From positions 1 to 64,000 of the IMG/VR virus record IMGVR_UViG_3300042922_000643: DNA of 64,000 nt, one strand, 5' to 3'. The position numbers were made by a program, and so were the translations under genes. Below the pieces are notes generated by a model. That model was not told the DNA's origin and searched no databases. It worked only from the letters and a program-made list of their open reading frames with translations. Numbering within the stretch: position 1 is the first letter of the stretch; each line of letters starts with the position of its first letter. Below, piece by piece: positions 17,943-28,734 of this stretch.

Positions 17943-19901
17943 ATGCACGAAAAGCACGTTGAATCACTACATCAAATGGCAGAAAACATTATCCAAGTTC
18001 AAGATGTTGATCTGGCAAGAGAAAACGCTAACCTGAATGGGGAGTCTTTCTCTGGCAAGATGAGCAAGATGGGTAGTGAGTTCTCCAAATGGTATGCAAA
18101 ATCGGTAATGATGCCAAGCAAATTGGTCAACGCCATTGACGAAAACTTTGTTTATGTTCATGATTTAGACCAATATGTATTAGGTACTACCAATTGTATC
18201 TTTATACCGTTTGGAAAGCTTCTTGAACGCGGATTTAATACAGGGAATGGTAGTGTACGGCCACCGAATTCGATCATGACAGCAATGTCTTTGGTCGCCA
18301 TCATCTTTCAGTCTCAACAGAACTCTCAATACGGCGGAGTCTCAGGAAACAAAATTGATTGGGACCTTGCTCCGTATGTAGACAAATCTTTTGCAAAGCA
18401 TTTCCTGGTAGGACTAGAGTTCCTGGAAGAAACTCTGCCACATCCTTTCACTATAGAAAACAAAGCTGACCTTACGTTCGACAATGCAATGCTTCGCGCT
18501 GTGTGCCCTAAGGCTTTTTCATATGCAGAAAAGCTGACTATCAATGAAACAAACCAAGCCGCCGAGAGTATGATCCACAATTTGAATACAATGTCGAGTC
18601 GTGCTGGTGGACAGATTCCTTTCACTAGTATCAACTATGGAACATGTACTTCACCTCAAGGGCGATTGGTTATCCGTGCAATCTTAAGAGCAACCATGAA
18701 TGGACTTGGGAATGGAGAAACTCCGATTTTCCCGCAACATATTTTCAAATGTAAAAAAGGTGTGAACCAATCTACAGAAGATCCAAACTATGATCTGTTC
18801 CTCGAAGCAATTGAGTGTTCGTCGAAGCGTCTTTACCCTAACTTTGCGAATATTGATGCACCATTCAATCTTCAATACTATAACCCCGAAGATCCTGATA
18901 CAGAGTTTGCAACAATGGGCTGCCGTACACGCGTAATTTCTGATCGCTTCGGCTACAACCATCTTTCAGGTAAGGGAAACCTTTCTTTCAACACTCTGAA
19001 TCTAGTAAAGCTAGGGCTGGAATATGGTATCGCTTTAGGAGAACGTTCAGAAGCGGACTTAGAAAGTTTCTATTACGAACTCTATCACTATATGGATCTA
19101 TCTTTAGAAGGTTTGATTCATCGCTTTGAGATTCAAGCGGAGCAACAAGCCAAGGCCTCTGATTTCATGATGCGTGAAGGTGTCTGGGAAAATGGCGAGA
19201 AGCTTGAACCAGAAGATAAGGTTCGTGAACATATCAAACATGGTTCCTTGTCTATTGGTTTTATTGGAGTCGCTGAGTGTATGAAGGCACTCTTTGGCAA
19301 GCACCATGGTGAGGACCCTGAAGTAATGAAGTTTGCAGTTGATCTCATCGATACGATTCGACAATATTGTGATCGTAAATCAGACGAGCACAACCTGAAC
19401 ATTACACTATTTGCTACACCTGCTGAAGGACTATCTGGTAAGTTTACCAAGAGTGATCGTCAGTACTATGGAAACATAGAAGGCGTAACAGACCGTGAAT
19501 ACTATACAAATTCGTTCCATATCCCTGTATACTACGATATGAAAGCTGCTGATAAGATTCGCGCCGAAGCACCGTTCCATGAACTGTGTAACGCAGGAGC
19601 TATCTCTTATATCGAACTAGACGGAAACGCACGGAACAATCAACTGGCTTTCTTAAAGATCGTACAGTACGCATTGTCTCAAAACATCAGTTATTTTAGC
19701 GTTAATCATCCCGTAGATCGATGCCCTTCCTGCGGCTACGAGGGCTCTATTGGAGACACTTGTCCGAACTGTGCAGCAGATGAATCTACTCATCCTTTCA
19801 GACGCTTACGCCGTGTCACAGGCTACCTGACAGGAGACTATACGACTCGATTCAATAGTGCGAAACAAGCTGAGGTTAGAGATCGGGTTAAACATCTATG
19901 A
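17943..19901 (+). CDS. nrdD: Anaerobic (class III) ribonucleotide reductase, without ATP cone
   Basis: ENAN, YVHDLD, TTNC, TMGCRT, TPAEGL, YYTNSFH, CPSC/CPNC, RRVTGY glycyl-radical motif; ATG17943 after GAGGTG. Confidence 0.96.
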   Translation: MHEKHVESLHQMAENIIQVQDVDLARENANLNGESFSGKMSKMGSEFSKWYAKSVMMPSKLVNAIDENFVYVHDLDQYVLGTTNCIFIPFGKLLERGFNTGNGSVRPPNSIMTAMSLVAIIFQSQQNSQYGGVSGNKIDWDLAPYVDKSFAKHFLVGLEFLEETLPHPFTIENKADLTFDNAMLRAVCPKAFSYAEKLTINETNQAAESMIHNLNTMSSRAGGQIPFTSINYGTCTSPQGRLVIRAILRATMNGLGNGETPIFPQHIFKCKKGVNQSTEDPNYDLFLEAIECSSKRLYPNFANIDAPFNLQYYNPEDPDTEFATMGCRTRVISDRFGYNHLSGKGNLSFNTLNLVKLGLEYGIALGERSEADLESFYYELYHYMDLSLEGLIHRFEIQAEQQAKASDFMMREGVWENGEKLEPEDKVREHIKHGSLSIGFIGVAECMKALFGKHHGEDPEVMKFAVDLIDTIRQYCDRKSDEHNLNITLFATPAEGLSGKFTKSDRQYYGNIEGVTDREYYTNSFHIPVYYDMKAADKIRAEAPFHELCNAGAISYIELDGNARNNQLAFLKIVQYALSQNISYFSVNHPVDRCPSCGYEGSIGDTCPNCAADESTHPFRRLRRVTGYLTGDYTTRFNSAKQAEVRDRVKHL

Positions 19902-20392
19902 ACATTTGCGGATACTACCCAGAAAGCATTAACGAGGGTCACGGCTTACGAGCCGTGATCTTTATTAGTGGTTGTAAACATGCCTGTAAGGGTTGCTTCA
20001 GTGAGAAAACATGGGGCTTCGATGTGGGAGAGCCACTAGATCTTGCAAAGCAATTGGAGCTAATTGAGGATATGAATAATAATGGTCTTCTCCAAGGAGT
20101 TACATTCTGTGGAGGAGATCCTTTTTTCTCTGCTAAAGAGCTTGTTCCATTCGTTGAAATGATACGAGAGCTGGCACCCCATCTAGATGTATGGTCTTAC
20201 ACAGGGTTTACTTTTGAAGCTCTTATTAAAAATAAAGAAATGTCTAGCTTCTTAAGCCTTTGTGATGTTATTATAGATGGAAAATACGTCCAAGATAAAA
20301 AGGATTTAACCTTACTTTATCGCGGTTCTTCTAATCAGAGAATCATAAATGTCCGCGCCAGCTTACAATCAGGTCAAGTTGTCGAACTATAA
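19898..20392 (+). CDS. nrdG: Class III RNR activating radical SAM enzyme
   Basis: GLRAVIFISGCKHACKGC, GGDPF, YTGF, RGSSNQR; overlaps nrdD. Confidence 0.95.
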   Translation: MNICGYYPESINEGHGLRAVIFISGCKHACKGCFSEKTWGFDVGEPLDLAKQLELIEDMNNNGLLQGVTFCGGDPFFSAKELVPFVEMIRELAPHLDVWSYTGFTFEALIKNKEMSSFLSLCDVIIDGKYVQDKKDLTLLYRGSSNQRIINVRASLQSGQVVEL

Positions 20393-20663
20393 TTGACGAA
20401 TCTATAAAGGTACAGACAGTACATTAAAGAAAGAAGAAAATACTTGTACTGTCTGTACCTTTATGAAGGAGGAGATTAAATGCAGGTTCAGCACAAAGGA
20501 AGAGTGACAGATACAGGTAAGCATAATGGGACGGGGATGGTATTTATGAAGCTCACTTCTGCCCCAGGTGTAAACTTTCGTACGGACTTTATGTCTAAGG
20601 AAGAAATCGAAGAAGAAAGTGGCCCATGCGTAGTTATTGTGCCAAAAAAGGAGGGTGATAAAA

Positions 20664-21377
20664 ATGATTAATAAACCAAGAAGTGAATTGCTGTGGTTCA
20701 ATCAGATCATGGAAATGAAACTGGCTAAAAATGATGATCGTGATGGATGGAGACATGAAAGGTTCTCTTATCTTCTTACAAGACTAAAAGATGAAGTTGA
20801 AGAGCTTGAAACTCTTCTTCAAATTTCAGGTGGATCTACTGATAATATGGCTCAAATCATGGAAGAATCTGCTGATATTGCAAATTTCGCTATGATGATC
20901 GCGGATAAGATTGCTTCAGAAGCATCTTACAGAGAGGCCTGGGATCAAGCTGTTGTAAGAGGGAACGTCCCTAAAGAGCAGACAAACTTAGCTGTAGATT
21001 ACTGGGTTAATATTGAAGGTACCAAATTCTATCCAGGTGATATGACTAATGCTCATCTTCAAAACACAATCAATCTGATTGAGCGAAAAATGCCAGTTGT
21101 CAAATTTTTAGATCCACTAGTGGATCGTCAGGAGTATCTAATCTATTTCCTTCTTAAAGAAGAGAAACAATTTCGTGAAAACAAGTCAAAGATGAAAACT
21201 TATCAATTCACTGTCACCTGGTTAAAGGGCTGTATCGTTGAGATCCTTGCTGAAGATTCCATTCAAGCAGAAAGAATGATACATGAACATAATGAGTCTT
21301 GTAAAGATGAACCATACGAAGGTCATTATATCGAAGGAAGCTTTGAAATTGATTACATTCAAGAGAAGGAGTCTTAA
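20664..21377 (+). CDS. MazG-like (all-alpha NTP pyrophosphatase) domain fused to an unknown C-terminal region
   Basis: RLKDEVEEL...EESADIANFAMMIAD. Confidence 0.6.
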   Translation: MINKPRSELLWFNQIMEMKLAKNDDRDGWRHERFSYLLTRLKDEVEELETLLQISGGSTDNMAQIMEESADIANFAMMIADKIASEASYREAWDQAVVRGNVPKEQTNLAVDYWVNIEGTKFYPGDMTNAHLQNTINLIERKMPVVKFLDPLVDRQEYLIYFLLKEEKQFRENKSKMKTYQFTVTWLKGCIVEILAEDSIQAERMIHEHNESCKDEPYEGHYIEGSFEIDYIQEKES

Positions 21378-21380
21378 AAA

Positions 21381-21833
21381 TTGAAAAGTACGCTCAGGCT
21401 GATAATGATATTATCTATCAGTCTTTTAAGTGCATGTAATTTTGAATATAGTTCTGAGCCTAAGCCTACTCACTCTGATCAAACAATAACTGTGCATGGA
21501 GAAGTATACGATGTCATACTGTACTTCCCGACAGATAGGTATCCTAAGACAGCTGAGCACATCACAGAAGCTATTGAGAGTGGAGAGTCTGATATATGTA
21601 CCATCGATAGAGAGGGAGCAGATGAGAACCGTCAGGAGTCTCTGAAGGGCATTCCTACTAAGGATGGATATGATCGTGACGAATGGCCAATGGCAATGTG
21701 TGCAGAGGGCGGCGAGGGAGCCGACATTGAATATGTACCACCAAAAGATAATAGAGGTTCGGGTAGCTGGGTAGGGCATCAACTAGATGACTATCCTGAC
21801 GGCACAAAAGTTTTATTTGTGTTAAAACCATAG
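21381..21833 (+). CDS. NucA/NucB-family DNase, lipoprotein
   Basis: LLSAC lipobox; [34 protein letters not shown]. Confidence 0.88.
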   Translation: MKSTLRLIMILSISLLSACNFEYSSEPKPTHSDQTITVHGEVYDVILYFPTDRYPKTAEHITEAIESGESDICTIDREGADENRQESLKGIPTKDGYDRDEWPMAMCAEGGEGADIEYVPPKDNRGSGSWVGHQLDDYPDGTKVLFVLKP

Positions 21834-21847
21834 TATATATACTGGAG

Positions 21848-22321
21848 ATGTTATATCATAATATGAGATACACAAATAGAATGTTTGAATCATTGTGCGC
21901 CCAATGTGGTTCTAGTTTTATGGTTACTATAGGCGACGACTTTAATCAATACTGTTCTGATATTTGTAGTGGAAAAGGTTCTAATGATAATAGGCTGCAA
22001 CAACTTAGCAGAGTCTTAAGAGCAAGAGAAGCTTGGAGATATGTACAGCTTAATACTTATCTCAATGAACATAACATTCCACATCAGTTTGAGTTCCCCT
22101 TAGGAAATTACGTCTTCGATTTGGCACTTACAGATGAACAACTACTTATTGAATTTGACGAACCGTATCATGAAGGATTAACACAGGCCAGTAAAGACCT
22201 TCAAAAAGATTCTTACGCCGAACAGCATAAGTTCTCAATCGTTCGAATTCCCGTTGGTGTTAATACCATCATTTCAGCTGAGCTTATTGAACCTATCATC
22301 AATATCTGTAGGGGGAATTGA
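21848..22321 (+). CDS. Zn-finger plus DUF559/Vsr-like endonuclease
   Basis: CAQC..YCSDIC; YVFDLA...IEFDEPYH...KD. Confidence 0.7.
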   Translation: MLYHNMRYTNRMFESLCAQCGSSFMVTIGDDFNQYCSDICSGKGSNDNRLQQLSRVLRAREAWRYVQLNTYLNEHNIPHQFEFPLGNYVFDLALTDEQLLIEFDEPYHEGLTQASKDLQKDSYAEQHKFSIVRIPVGVNTIISAELIEPIINICRGN

Positions 22322-22795
22322 AGAGTGTCTACGTATCACTATGTAGCTTGTCACGACTGTAAGCAGTATGGAATGCTACCAAAGAGTAGTGTGCCACATA
22401 TCTTTGCTGTAAAATGGATTGAAAAATATGGTCATGCTTCTCACAATACCCAATGGGCCAGTGAGTATGATGAAGAATTTGAGGCAAGAGTACATGGTTC
22501 AGAGATAATCTCCTATGGGTACTACGGACCCGAAACTAGGCGCGTTGCTGAACCTTATAACGATGTAACGAAACAAACATTGGAGTAAGGAGGATTAGGC
22601 ATGAGTCATATGGGTGAGGTTAAAATCACTATGGATGAAGTTCATAAAGCTATTAGTGAGTATGTTGAACGAAAATATAGTGTCAAAGCAACTGGTAATT
22701 CTATACATTATACATCCTATGGAAGCGTGACCTTTCAAGGTGCTACAGTCAAATACCAGATGATCCCGAAAGATATAACATAAGGAGGTGAATTC

Positions 22796-23509
22796 ATGAG
22801 TAGGATATTTATCACGGGCGATCTTCATGGTGAAGTGGATATTCACCGTCTCAATACTGGGGGATTTGTTGAGCAGAAAGATCTTACAAGAGACGATTAC
22901 CTAATTATTGCTGGTGATTTTGGACTCGTCTGGAACATGGATAAAACAGATCAATACTGGCTGAAGTGGATGAATGAAAAGAACTTCACTACACTTTTTA
23001 TTGATGGCAACCATGAAAACTTTGATCTGCTAGATGCTTATCCTGTAAAGGAATGGAATGGCGGAAAGGTACATCAGATCATGCCGAACATCTATCACTT
23101 GATGCGTGGACAAATGTTTACGATCCATGGTAAAAACTTCTTTACCTTTGGTGGAGCATCCTCTGTAGATATCGAGAGAAGAACAGAAGGAAAGTCCTGG
23201 TGGCCTAGAGAAATTCCTTCATATGCTGAGTTCGAAGAAGGACTGGCTACGCTAGAGAAACATGGCTGGAAAACAGACTATGTTATTACACATAATTGCC
23301 CGACAAAAACACTAGAGTGGATGGCTGCAAAGTATGGGTTCTATTTGAAGCCACCTGATGCTGTTAATGCTTACTTGGATCGAATCAAAGAGAACTTGGA
23401 ATACAAACACTGGTTTTTCGGCCACTTCCATGAGAATTTAAATCTTCCAGACAACTTGGCCATGTTATACTACGACATTGTCGAGCTGAAAGGAGAAGAG
23501 AACTCATGA
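22796..23509 (+). CDS. Calcineurin-like metallophosphoesterase
   Basis: GDLHG, GDFG, DGNHEN, ITHNCP, FGHFH. Confidence 0.92.
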   Translation: MSRIFITGDLHGEVDIHRLNTGGFVEQKDLTRDDYLIIAGDFGLVWNMDKTDQYWLKWMNEKNFTTLFIDGNHENFDLLDAYPVKEWNGGKVHQIMPNIYHLMRGQMFTIHGKNFFTFGGASSVDIERRTEGKSWWPREIPSYAEFEEGLATLEKHGWKTDYVITHNCPTKTLEWMAAKYGFYLKPPDAVNAYLDRIKENLEYKHWFFGHFHENLNLPDNLAMLYYDIVELKGEENS

Positions 23510-23937
23510 AGATCGCTTTAATCATTCTAATCATTACTCAACTAGTGTCTATCCTGATTATTATTGATCACAAAATAGCAATTAAAATGTTGCAAGAAAT
23601 GGTCCATGATTATATGAATAGATATTGGCTCCAGAGTATGAAAGATGCAGGTGCCGAAATTGTTTCTATTGATAAGGAGGACATGTTGTGAAAGAAGTTG
23701 GCAAGTGTGATGAATGCTTAAGCCTTGAAGAACTAACACCTTACGAAAACTCAGACGGTTTTGTTTCTTATCTCTGCAACGATTGTATTGGTGACTATGT
23801 TTTTCACGATTTTATTAAGGAACTAGAAGAAGAAGATAATGAAGAGCTGGAAGAAGACCTGGATGGAGAAGACGAAGATTAAGTCTTCTTTTTTCTTTGC
23901 TCTGTGGTATAATATGAAAACGAAAGAAGGTTTATCC

Positions 23938-24231
23938 ATGAGTCAAGTATGGAAGTTCCCTCTAGTGCCAATTGGAAATTCAAACATCGTTGAGGTTGAT
24001 ATGCCGTTTTACAGTAGCCCGATATCTGTTACCAATCAACATGGAGATATCATGCTCTATGCACTCGTAACGCCTCCATTAGAGAATGAGCCTAAAGTAA
24101 AGCGCCGTTTTCTAGTTGCACCTACAGGTGGGGAGATCCCCGAGTGGCCCGAAGATCGTTTTATTGGAACTGTCACGATAACTAATATTTACAATATGCA
24201 GTATGTGTTTCACATCTTTGAGGTTGACTAA
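23938..24231 (+). CDS. Phage hypothetical protein
   Basis: VWKFPL...LYALV...TGGEIP...FIGTV...VFHIFE; preceded by TGGTATAAT. Confidence 0.65.
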   Translation: MSQVWKFPLVPIGNSNIVEVDMPFYSSPISVTNQHGDIMLYALVTPPLENEPKVKRRFLVAPTGGEIPEWPEDRFIGTVTITNIYNMQYVFHIFEVD

Positions 24232-24425
24232 GCTAGGAGGTGATGAAGTTGGAAACCACAAGAATCAATGAGAAACAATTACTAGAGTACCTTGATACCC
24301 TCTACGCTCGTTCGGAAGCACATCGCAGAGCAGGTGAAAAGGATATTGGAGAGGCTCTATTTCGTGTGACCAATGAAATTCTTCATCTGCTCGGCCATAT
24401 TTAACAAAACTGGGGAGGTTTATTC

Positions 24426-25199
24426 ATGAGTATTGATTTAGCAAAGAAGCACTTGATTGATCTGACGAAGAAAGCAACAGAGGTTGTTCAAAAGGTTGGG
24501 TTGGGAGATCAAAAAGCTAAAGTCGCCGTTGCTTTTGATGTCTCTGGATCTATGAGTGATCGCTATCGTAAAGGTGAAGTACAAGAAGCAGTGGATCGTA
24601 TCTTGGCTCTTGCTGTAAATTTTGATGACAACCGAGCGCTAGATATGTTTGCTTTTGATACTCGCGGCCATAGCATTGGTGAAATTAGTGAAGAAAACTT
24701 CTATCAATTCATTAATAAGAATGTGCAACCTCTAGTGGGTGGCGGCACAGCGTATGCTCCTGTCATGAAAATGATATTAGCTAGCTATGGGATTTCGATT
24801 GATGGAGAGACTGCTCCACAACCAGTAGTAAAGAAACGTTTCGGGTTCTTCGGTAAGAAAGAAGAAGCTCCTGTGGTAACACAGAGCAATGGGCCACTGG
24901 ATGAGCCCATCTTTATTATCTTCGTAACCGACGGGGAAAACGGGGACCATCAAGCCACTGAGCATGTTGTTCGGGAAGCCTCTAAGTATGGTGTGTTCTT
25001 CAAGTTTGTAGGTATTGGAAATGAACGTTTCTACTTCTTGGATAAACTGGATAACCTTACAGGTCGTTTGATTGACAATGCTAACTTCATTAAAGTGAAT
25101 GACATTGCAAATATTAATGAAGAAGATTTATATGCTGATCTTCTCAAAGAATTTCCTGAGTGGCTCGTCGAAGCACGTAGCAACAATTTGATTAAGTAA
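24426..25199 (+). CDS. vWA domain protein (TerF-associated vWA-like)
   Basis: MIDAS DVSGSM, GGTAY, FVTDGE, FVGIG, LDNL.GR.IDN. Confidence 0.85.
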   Translation: MSIDLAKKHLIDLTKKATEVVQKVGLGDQKAKVAVAFDVSGSMSDRYRKGEVQEAVDRILALAVNFDDNRALDMFAFDTRGHSIGEISEENFYQFINKNVQPLVGGGTAYAPVMKMILASYGISIDGETAPQPVVKKRFGFFGKKEEAPVVTQSNGPLDEPIFIIFVTDGENGDHQATEHVVREASKYGVFFKFVGIGNERFYFLDKLDNLTGRLIDNANFIKVNDIANINEEDLYADLLKEFPEWLVEARSNNLIK

Positions 25200-25216
25200 G
25201 ACAAAGGAGCGAGGAT

Positions 25217-27142
25217 ATGCGTGATCTTTTAGACAAGCTAGATCCCAGACAGCGAGAGATTGTTCAAGATACCGAAGGCCAAGTACTTGTATTGAGTGGT
25301 GCTGGCAGCGGTAAAACACGCGTTCTTACTTATCGCATTGCTTACTTGATAGAGAATGGTGTACCGCCATGGGCAATCCTGGCGGTCACCTTCACTAACA
25401 AGGCGAAAAGAGTCATGGAAGAACGTATTCAGGAGCTAGTGGGTGACCAAGGTAACGAAGTGTGGATGGGTACTTTCCATAGTATCTGTATTCGTATACT
25501 ACGCCGCTTTGGTGGTCAGATAGGATTGGCTCCTAACTTTACGATCATTGACGACAAAGAACGCACTAAGATTTTGAAGGATGCTATTGAAAAAGCGGAG
25601 TGCCAGTATGAACCAGAAGTAATGGCTTCAATTATAGGTAATGCAAAGAATGATCTGCTTACACCAGCAGAACTTCGAATGAATGCTTCCAACAGATACG
25701 AAAGAGATGCAGCTTATGTTTACGAAATATATGAAGAAAAGAAAGACAAGTCTGGTTATGTTGATTTTGATGACATGATTATGAAAACGGTTCGTCTTCT
25801 TCAAAATTCAACAGAAGCTCGTGATCTTTACCAGAAACAGTTCCGCTATATACTTGCAGACGAAGGGCAGGATACAAACACCGCGCAGTATACTTTGCTC
25901 AACTTGCTGATGGGCGAACATCAAAATCTGTTCGTTGTAGGAGACATTGACCAGAGTGTGTACCGCTGGCGTGGAGCAAAGATCGAAAACATGATCAAGT
26001 TTCAAGAGGTTTATCCCGAATCTCGTATCCATCAGCTGGATCAGAACTATCGTTCCACTGCTAATATTGTCAACGCAGCTAACGCAGTGATTGAGCATAA
26101 CGTAGAACGTCTTGAGAAGACGGCCTGGACGAGCAAAGAAGCTGGACCACCTATTGTTCTCTATGAAGCAGAGGATGACTCTCGCGAGGCAGAGTTCGTT
26201 GTGAGTGCTATCCAGCGTATGGTGGACGTAGAAGGACAGTCGTATAATAACTTTGCAATTCTTTACCGTATGGGTAGACAGTCAAGACTGATTGAAGTGG
26301 CGCTTACTCAAGCGGGGATTCCATACAAAGTTGTTGGCGGCAAATCGTTCTATGATCGGAAAGAAATCAAAGACCTGGTAGCGTATCTTCGTATCATTGC
26401 TAATGAGTTTGATGCCTTAGCTATGGAGCGTATCATTAATGTTCCAAAGCGTGGGATTGGGGACACAACGGTAAAGAAGATTGATCAATACGCTAAGGAC
26501 TGTTCTATCCCGTTTCCTAAAGCGCTGGAGTATATTGATGACATCCCTAAGATTTCCAAGGGCACCAAGCTTAAGATTGAAAATTTCGATCACTTCATAC
26601 TTAGTCTTCGTGAGTTTGCTTGTGTCCCTGGGGTTAGTATTCCTGAAATTATTCAGCACATCTTGAGTCAGACAGGATATCTAACCGAGCTTGATCCTGA
26701 TAAAGAAGAGGATGAAAGTCGGATTGGAAACATCCGTGAATTGATTAAGGTTGCCGAAGAATGGGAAAACACAACCTCTAATCCTGGTTGTATCTCAGAC
26801 TTCTTAAGCGAGACTACCCTCTCAGGAATTGAGGAAGGCGAAGAGGAAGTCGATTCTGTGACTTTGATGACAGCACACTCTTCAAAAGGACTTGAATTCC
26901 CATGTGTCTTTATGGTAGGTATGGAAGAGAATATCTTCCCACACTCCAGATCGTCTAATGATCCAAAGAACATGGAAGAGGAAAGACGCCTTGCTTATGT
27001 CGCAATTACTCGCGCTGAGTATAGACTTTTCATTACTTACTGTTTCAATCGGTATGAATATGGCGATCCTAGACCTAAGAGAAGTAAGGTTTCGAGATTC
27101 GTCCTTGAAATTCCCAGCGAATTAGTTAGGAAAATAGGTTAA
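25217..27142 (+). CDS. pcrA: UvrD/PcrA SF1 helicase
   Basis: GAGSGKT, TFTNKA, DEGQDTN, VGDIDQSVY, QNYRST, TAHSSKGLEF, EERRLAYVAITRA. Confidence 0.96.
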   Translation: MRDLLDKLDPRQREIVQDTEGQVLVLSGAGSGKTRVLTYRIAYLIENGVPPWAILAVTFTNKAKRVMEERIQELVGDQGNEVWMGTFHSICIRILRRFGGQIGLAPNFTIIDDKERTKILKDAIEKAECQYEPEVMASIIGNAKNDLLTPAELRMNASNRYERDAAYVYEIYEEKKDKSGYVDFDDMIMKTVRLLQNSTEARDLYQKQFRYILADEGQDTNTAQYTLLNLLMGEHQNLFVVGDIDQSVYRWRGAKIENMIKFQEVYPESRIHQLDQNYRSTANIVNAANAVIEHNVERLEKTAWTSKEAGPPIVLYEAEDDSREAEFVVSAIQRMVDVEGQSYNNFAILYRMGRQSRLIEVALTQAGIPYKVVGGKSFYDRKEIKDLVAYLRIIANEFDALAMERIINVPKRGIGDTTVKKIDQYAKDCSIPFPKALEYIDDIPKISKGTKLKIENFDHFILSLREFACVPGVSIPEIIQHILSQTGYLTELDPDKEEDESRIGNIRELIKVAEEWENTTSNPGCISDFLSETTLSGIEEGEEEVDSVTLMTAHSSKGLEFPCVFMVGMEENIFPHSRSSNDPKNMEEERRLAYVAITRAEYRLFITYCFNRYEYGDPRPKRSKVSRFVLEIPSELVRKIG

Positions 27143-27197
27143 CAATCCTATTTTCCTATGCTATAATGATTTTACAATTAAAGAGGAGGCTGTTCAA

Positions 27198-28139
27198 ATG
27201 ACAAGAAGAATTGTTACTAAGCCTATGATGAGAAAAATACAATCTGCTTTTGAACGTATGCTCGAAAGTGGTAATTTTGGTGATAGCTACGAACGCCTTA
27301 CTTTCGGATACAAAGATGTTATCGAATACTCTAACGGTAACTTTGCATTCGCAAGTGATGTTAGTGGATTGATGAAGGCATTTGAGGCGATCAACTACGT
27401 TGTTCGGCTGCGCAGAGGAACTCAGGGTGTTAAATCAGAGTTTAACATTGCAAAGCTTATGAATTCTTCACCTATTCGTGTTGATGCTACTGGTCCAGAG
27501 CCAATCATTCAGGCCGACAACAAATTCAATCATCGAGACACTGTTAATGTGCCCGAATCATCTTTGAATATTCCTGAATCTGAGGAAGAAGTTGTAGTAA
27601 CAGAGGAAGAGCAAGTTATTGTAGAGACTGTTGAAGAAGCTGTTGAAGCCGAAGTTGTTGAGCCAGTTCTAAGTATTCCTGTGGTAGCTCCTGAAGTTAT
27701 CAAGGTCAGCCGCGAAGAATTTAAGAATGAGATTCGTGAAATGGTCACATTTATGCAGTCCATTCCTAAACAAATGGTTGGTAGTTTAACTGAAATGCTG
27801 ACTCAACTTGATAGCCAAGACCCTGCCTATGTTGCCGAGTTGGAGAACATGCTTGATAATACCCTGAAGGAAAGAGACCAGGCACGTAAGGAAAAAGAAG
27901 ACGCCTTATTCGAAGTTGCAGTTCTTAAAGAACAGCTGCGTAGCTCTAATGGCATTTCCGACATTGACCTGCATGAACTGTATCGTGTTCGTAACTCAAT
28001 CTTGGATGAAATGGAACGGTATATTTACACTCCAGGATGGAAGAAACAACCGTCTGCTGAAAGTTTCAGAAAAGCTATAACTTCTAAACTGGATAGCATC
28101 TTTGATAAGATCTCGCCTAAAGAAGAAACAGCTGTCTAA
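27198..28139 (+). CDS. Hypothetical protein with acidic linker and coiled coil
   Basis: TGCTATAAT promoter and GAGGAGG RBS. Confidence 0.75.
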   Translation: MTRRIVTKPMMRKIQSAFERMLESGNFGDSYERLTFGYKDVIEYSNGNFAFASDVSGLMKAFEAINYVVRLRRGTQGVKSEFNIAKLMNSSPIRVDATGPEPIIQADNKFNHRDTVNVPESSLNIPESEEEVVVTEEEQVIVETVEEAVEAEVVEPVLSIPVVAPEVIKVSREEFKNEIREMVTFMQSIPKQMVGSLTEMLTQLDSQDPAYVAELENMLDNTLKERDQARKEKEDALFEVAVLKEQLRSSNGISDIDLHELYRVRNSILDEMERYIYTPGWKKQPSAESFRKAITSKLDSIFDKISPKEETAV

Positions 28140-28176
28140 TCGTGCGACTAAAATAATTTCATGGGGGAATCGTTTA

Positions 28177-28644
28177 ATGCATGAGCTTCACTACTTGCCA
28201 ATTCATATCAAGTTTTTGAGTAACTATAAAGGGCCAAAGGAAGGTCCTAAGTATGGGTCTGATCTGGCCGCTGCATTTGACTTTAATGCAGGGATTGAAG
28301 GGGTAATTGAAATTGCACCAGGAGAAACAAAGTTGATCCCCGCGGGGTTCTCTCTGGCCCTACCAGCTAGTATTGCGCTACTCCCTGTCCCTCGATCTGG
28401 ATTGGCACTTAAATTCCAGGTGGGCGTTGGTAATAGTCCAGGTGTTGTAGATGCTGACTACAGAGGTGAAGTTGGTATTATCGTACAAAACCTTGGTAGC
28501 GCAGTATTTACTGTATACCCAGGTGATCGTATCGCTCAAGGACTCTTGGTGGATACGTACCGAGCTCAGTGGCTTGAAGTTGATGAGCTTCCTGAAACAG
28601 AACGAGGCTCTGGCGGATTCGGTTCAACAGGTGTACAAGCTTAG
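28177..28644 (+). CDS. dut: Trimeric dUTPase
   Basis: AAFD, PRSGLA, GVVDADYRGE, GDRIAQ, RGSGGFGSTG. Confidence 0.96.
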   Translation: MHELHYLPIHIKFLSNYKGPKEGPKYGSDLAAAFDFNAGIEGVIEIAPGETKLIPAGFSLALPASIALLPVPRSGLALKFQVGVGNSPGVVDADYRGEVGIIVQNLGSAVFTVYPGDRIAQGLLVDTYRAQWLEVDELPETERGSGGFGSTGVQA

Positions 28645-28701
28645 TTGACCTAAGCGTTACTCTTTGATAGAATGAAAGACCAGGTTTGAGTAGGTGCTAT
28701 C

Positions 28702-28734
28702 GGGTGAACCAATCACCTTGTAGCACCTTTTTTT
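28702..28734 (+). terminator. Intrinsic terminator
   Basis: AGGTGCTA..GGGTGA/TCACCT..TAGCACCT followed by a T-run (coordinates approximate). Confidence 0.65.

Noticed and set aside
12734-19901. Introns or inteins in recA, thyA or nrdD
   Set aside because: The ORFs are continuous and of normal length.
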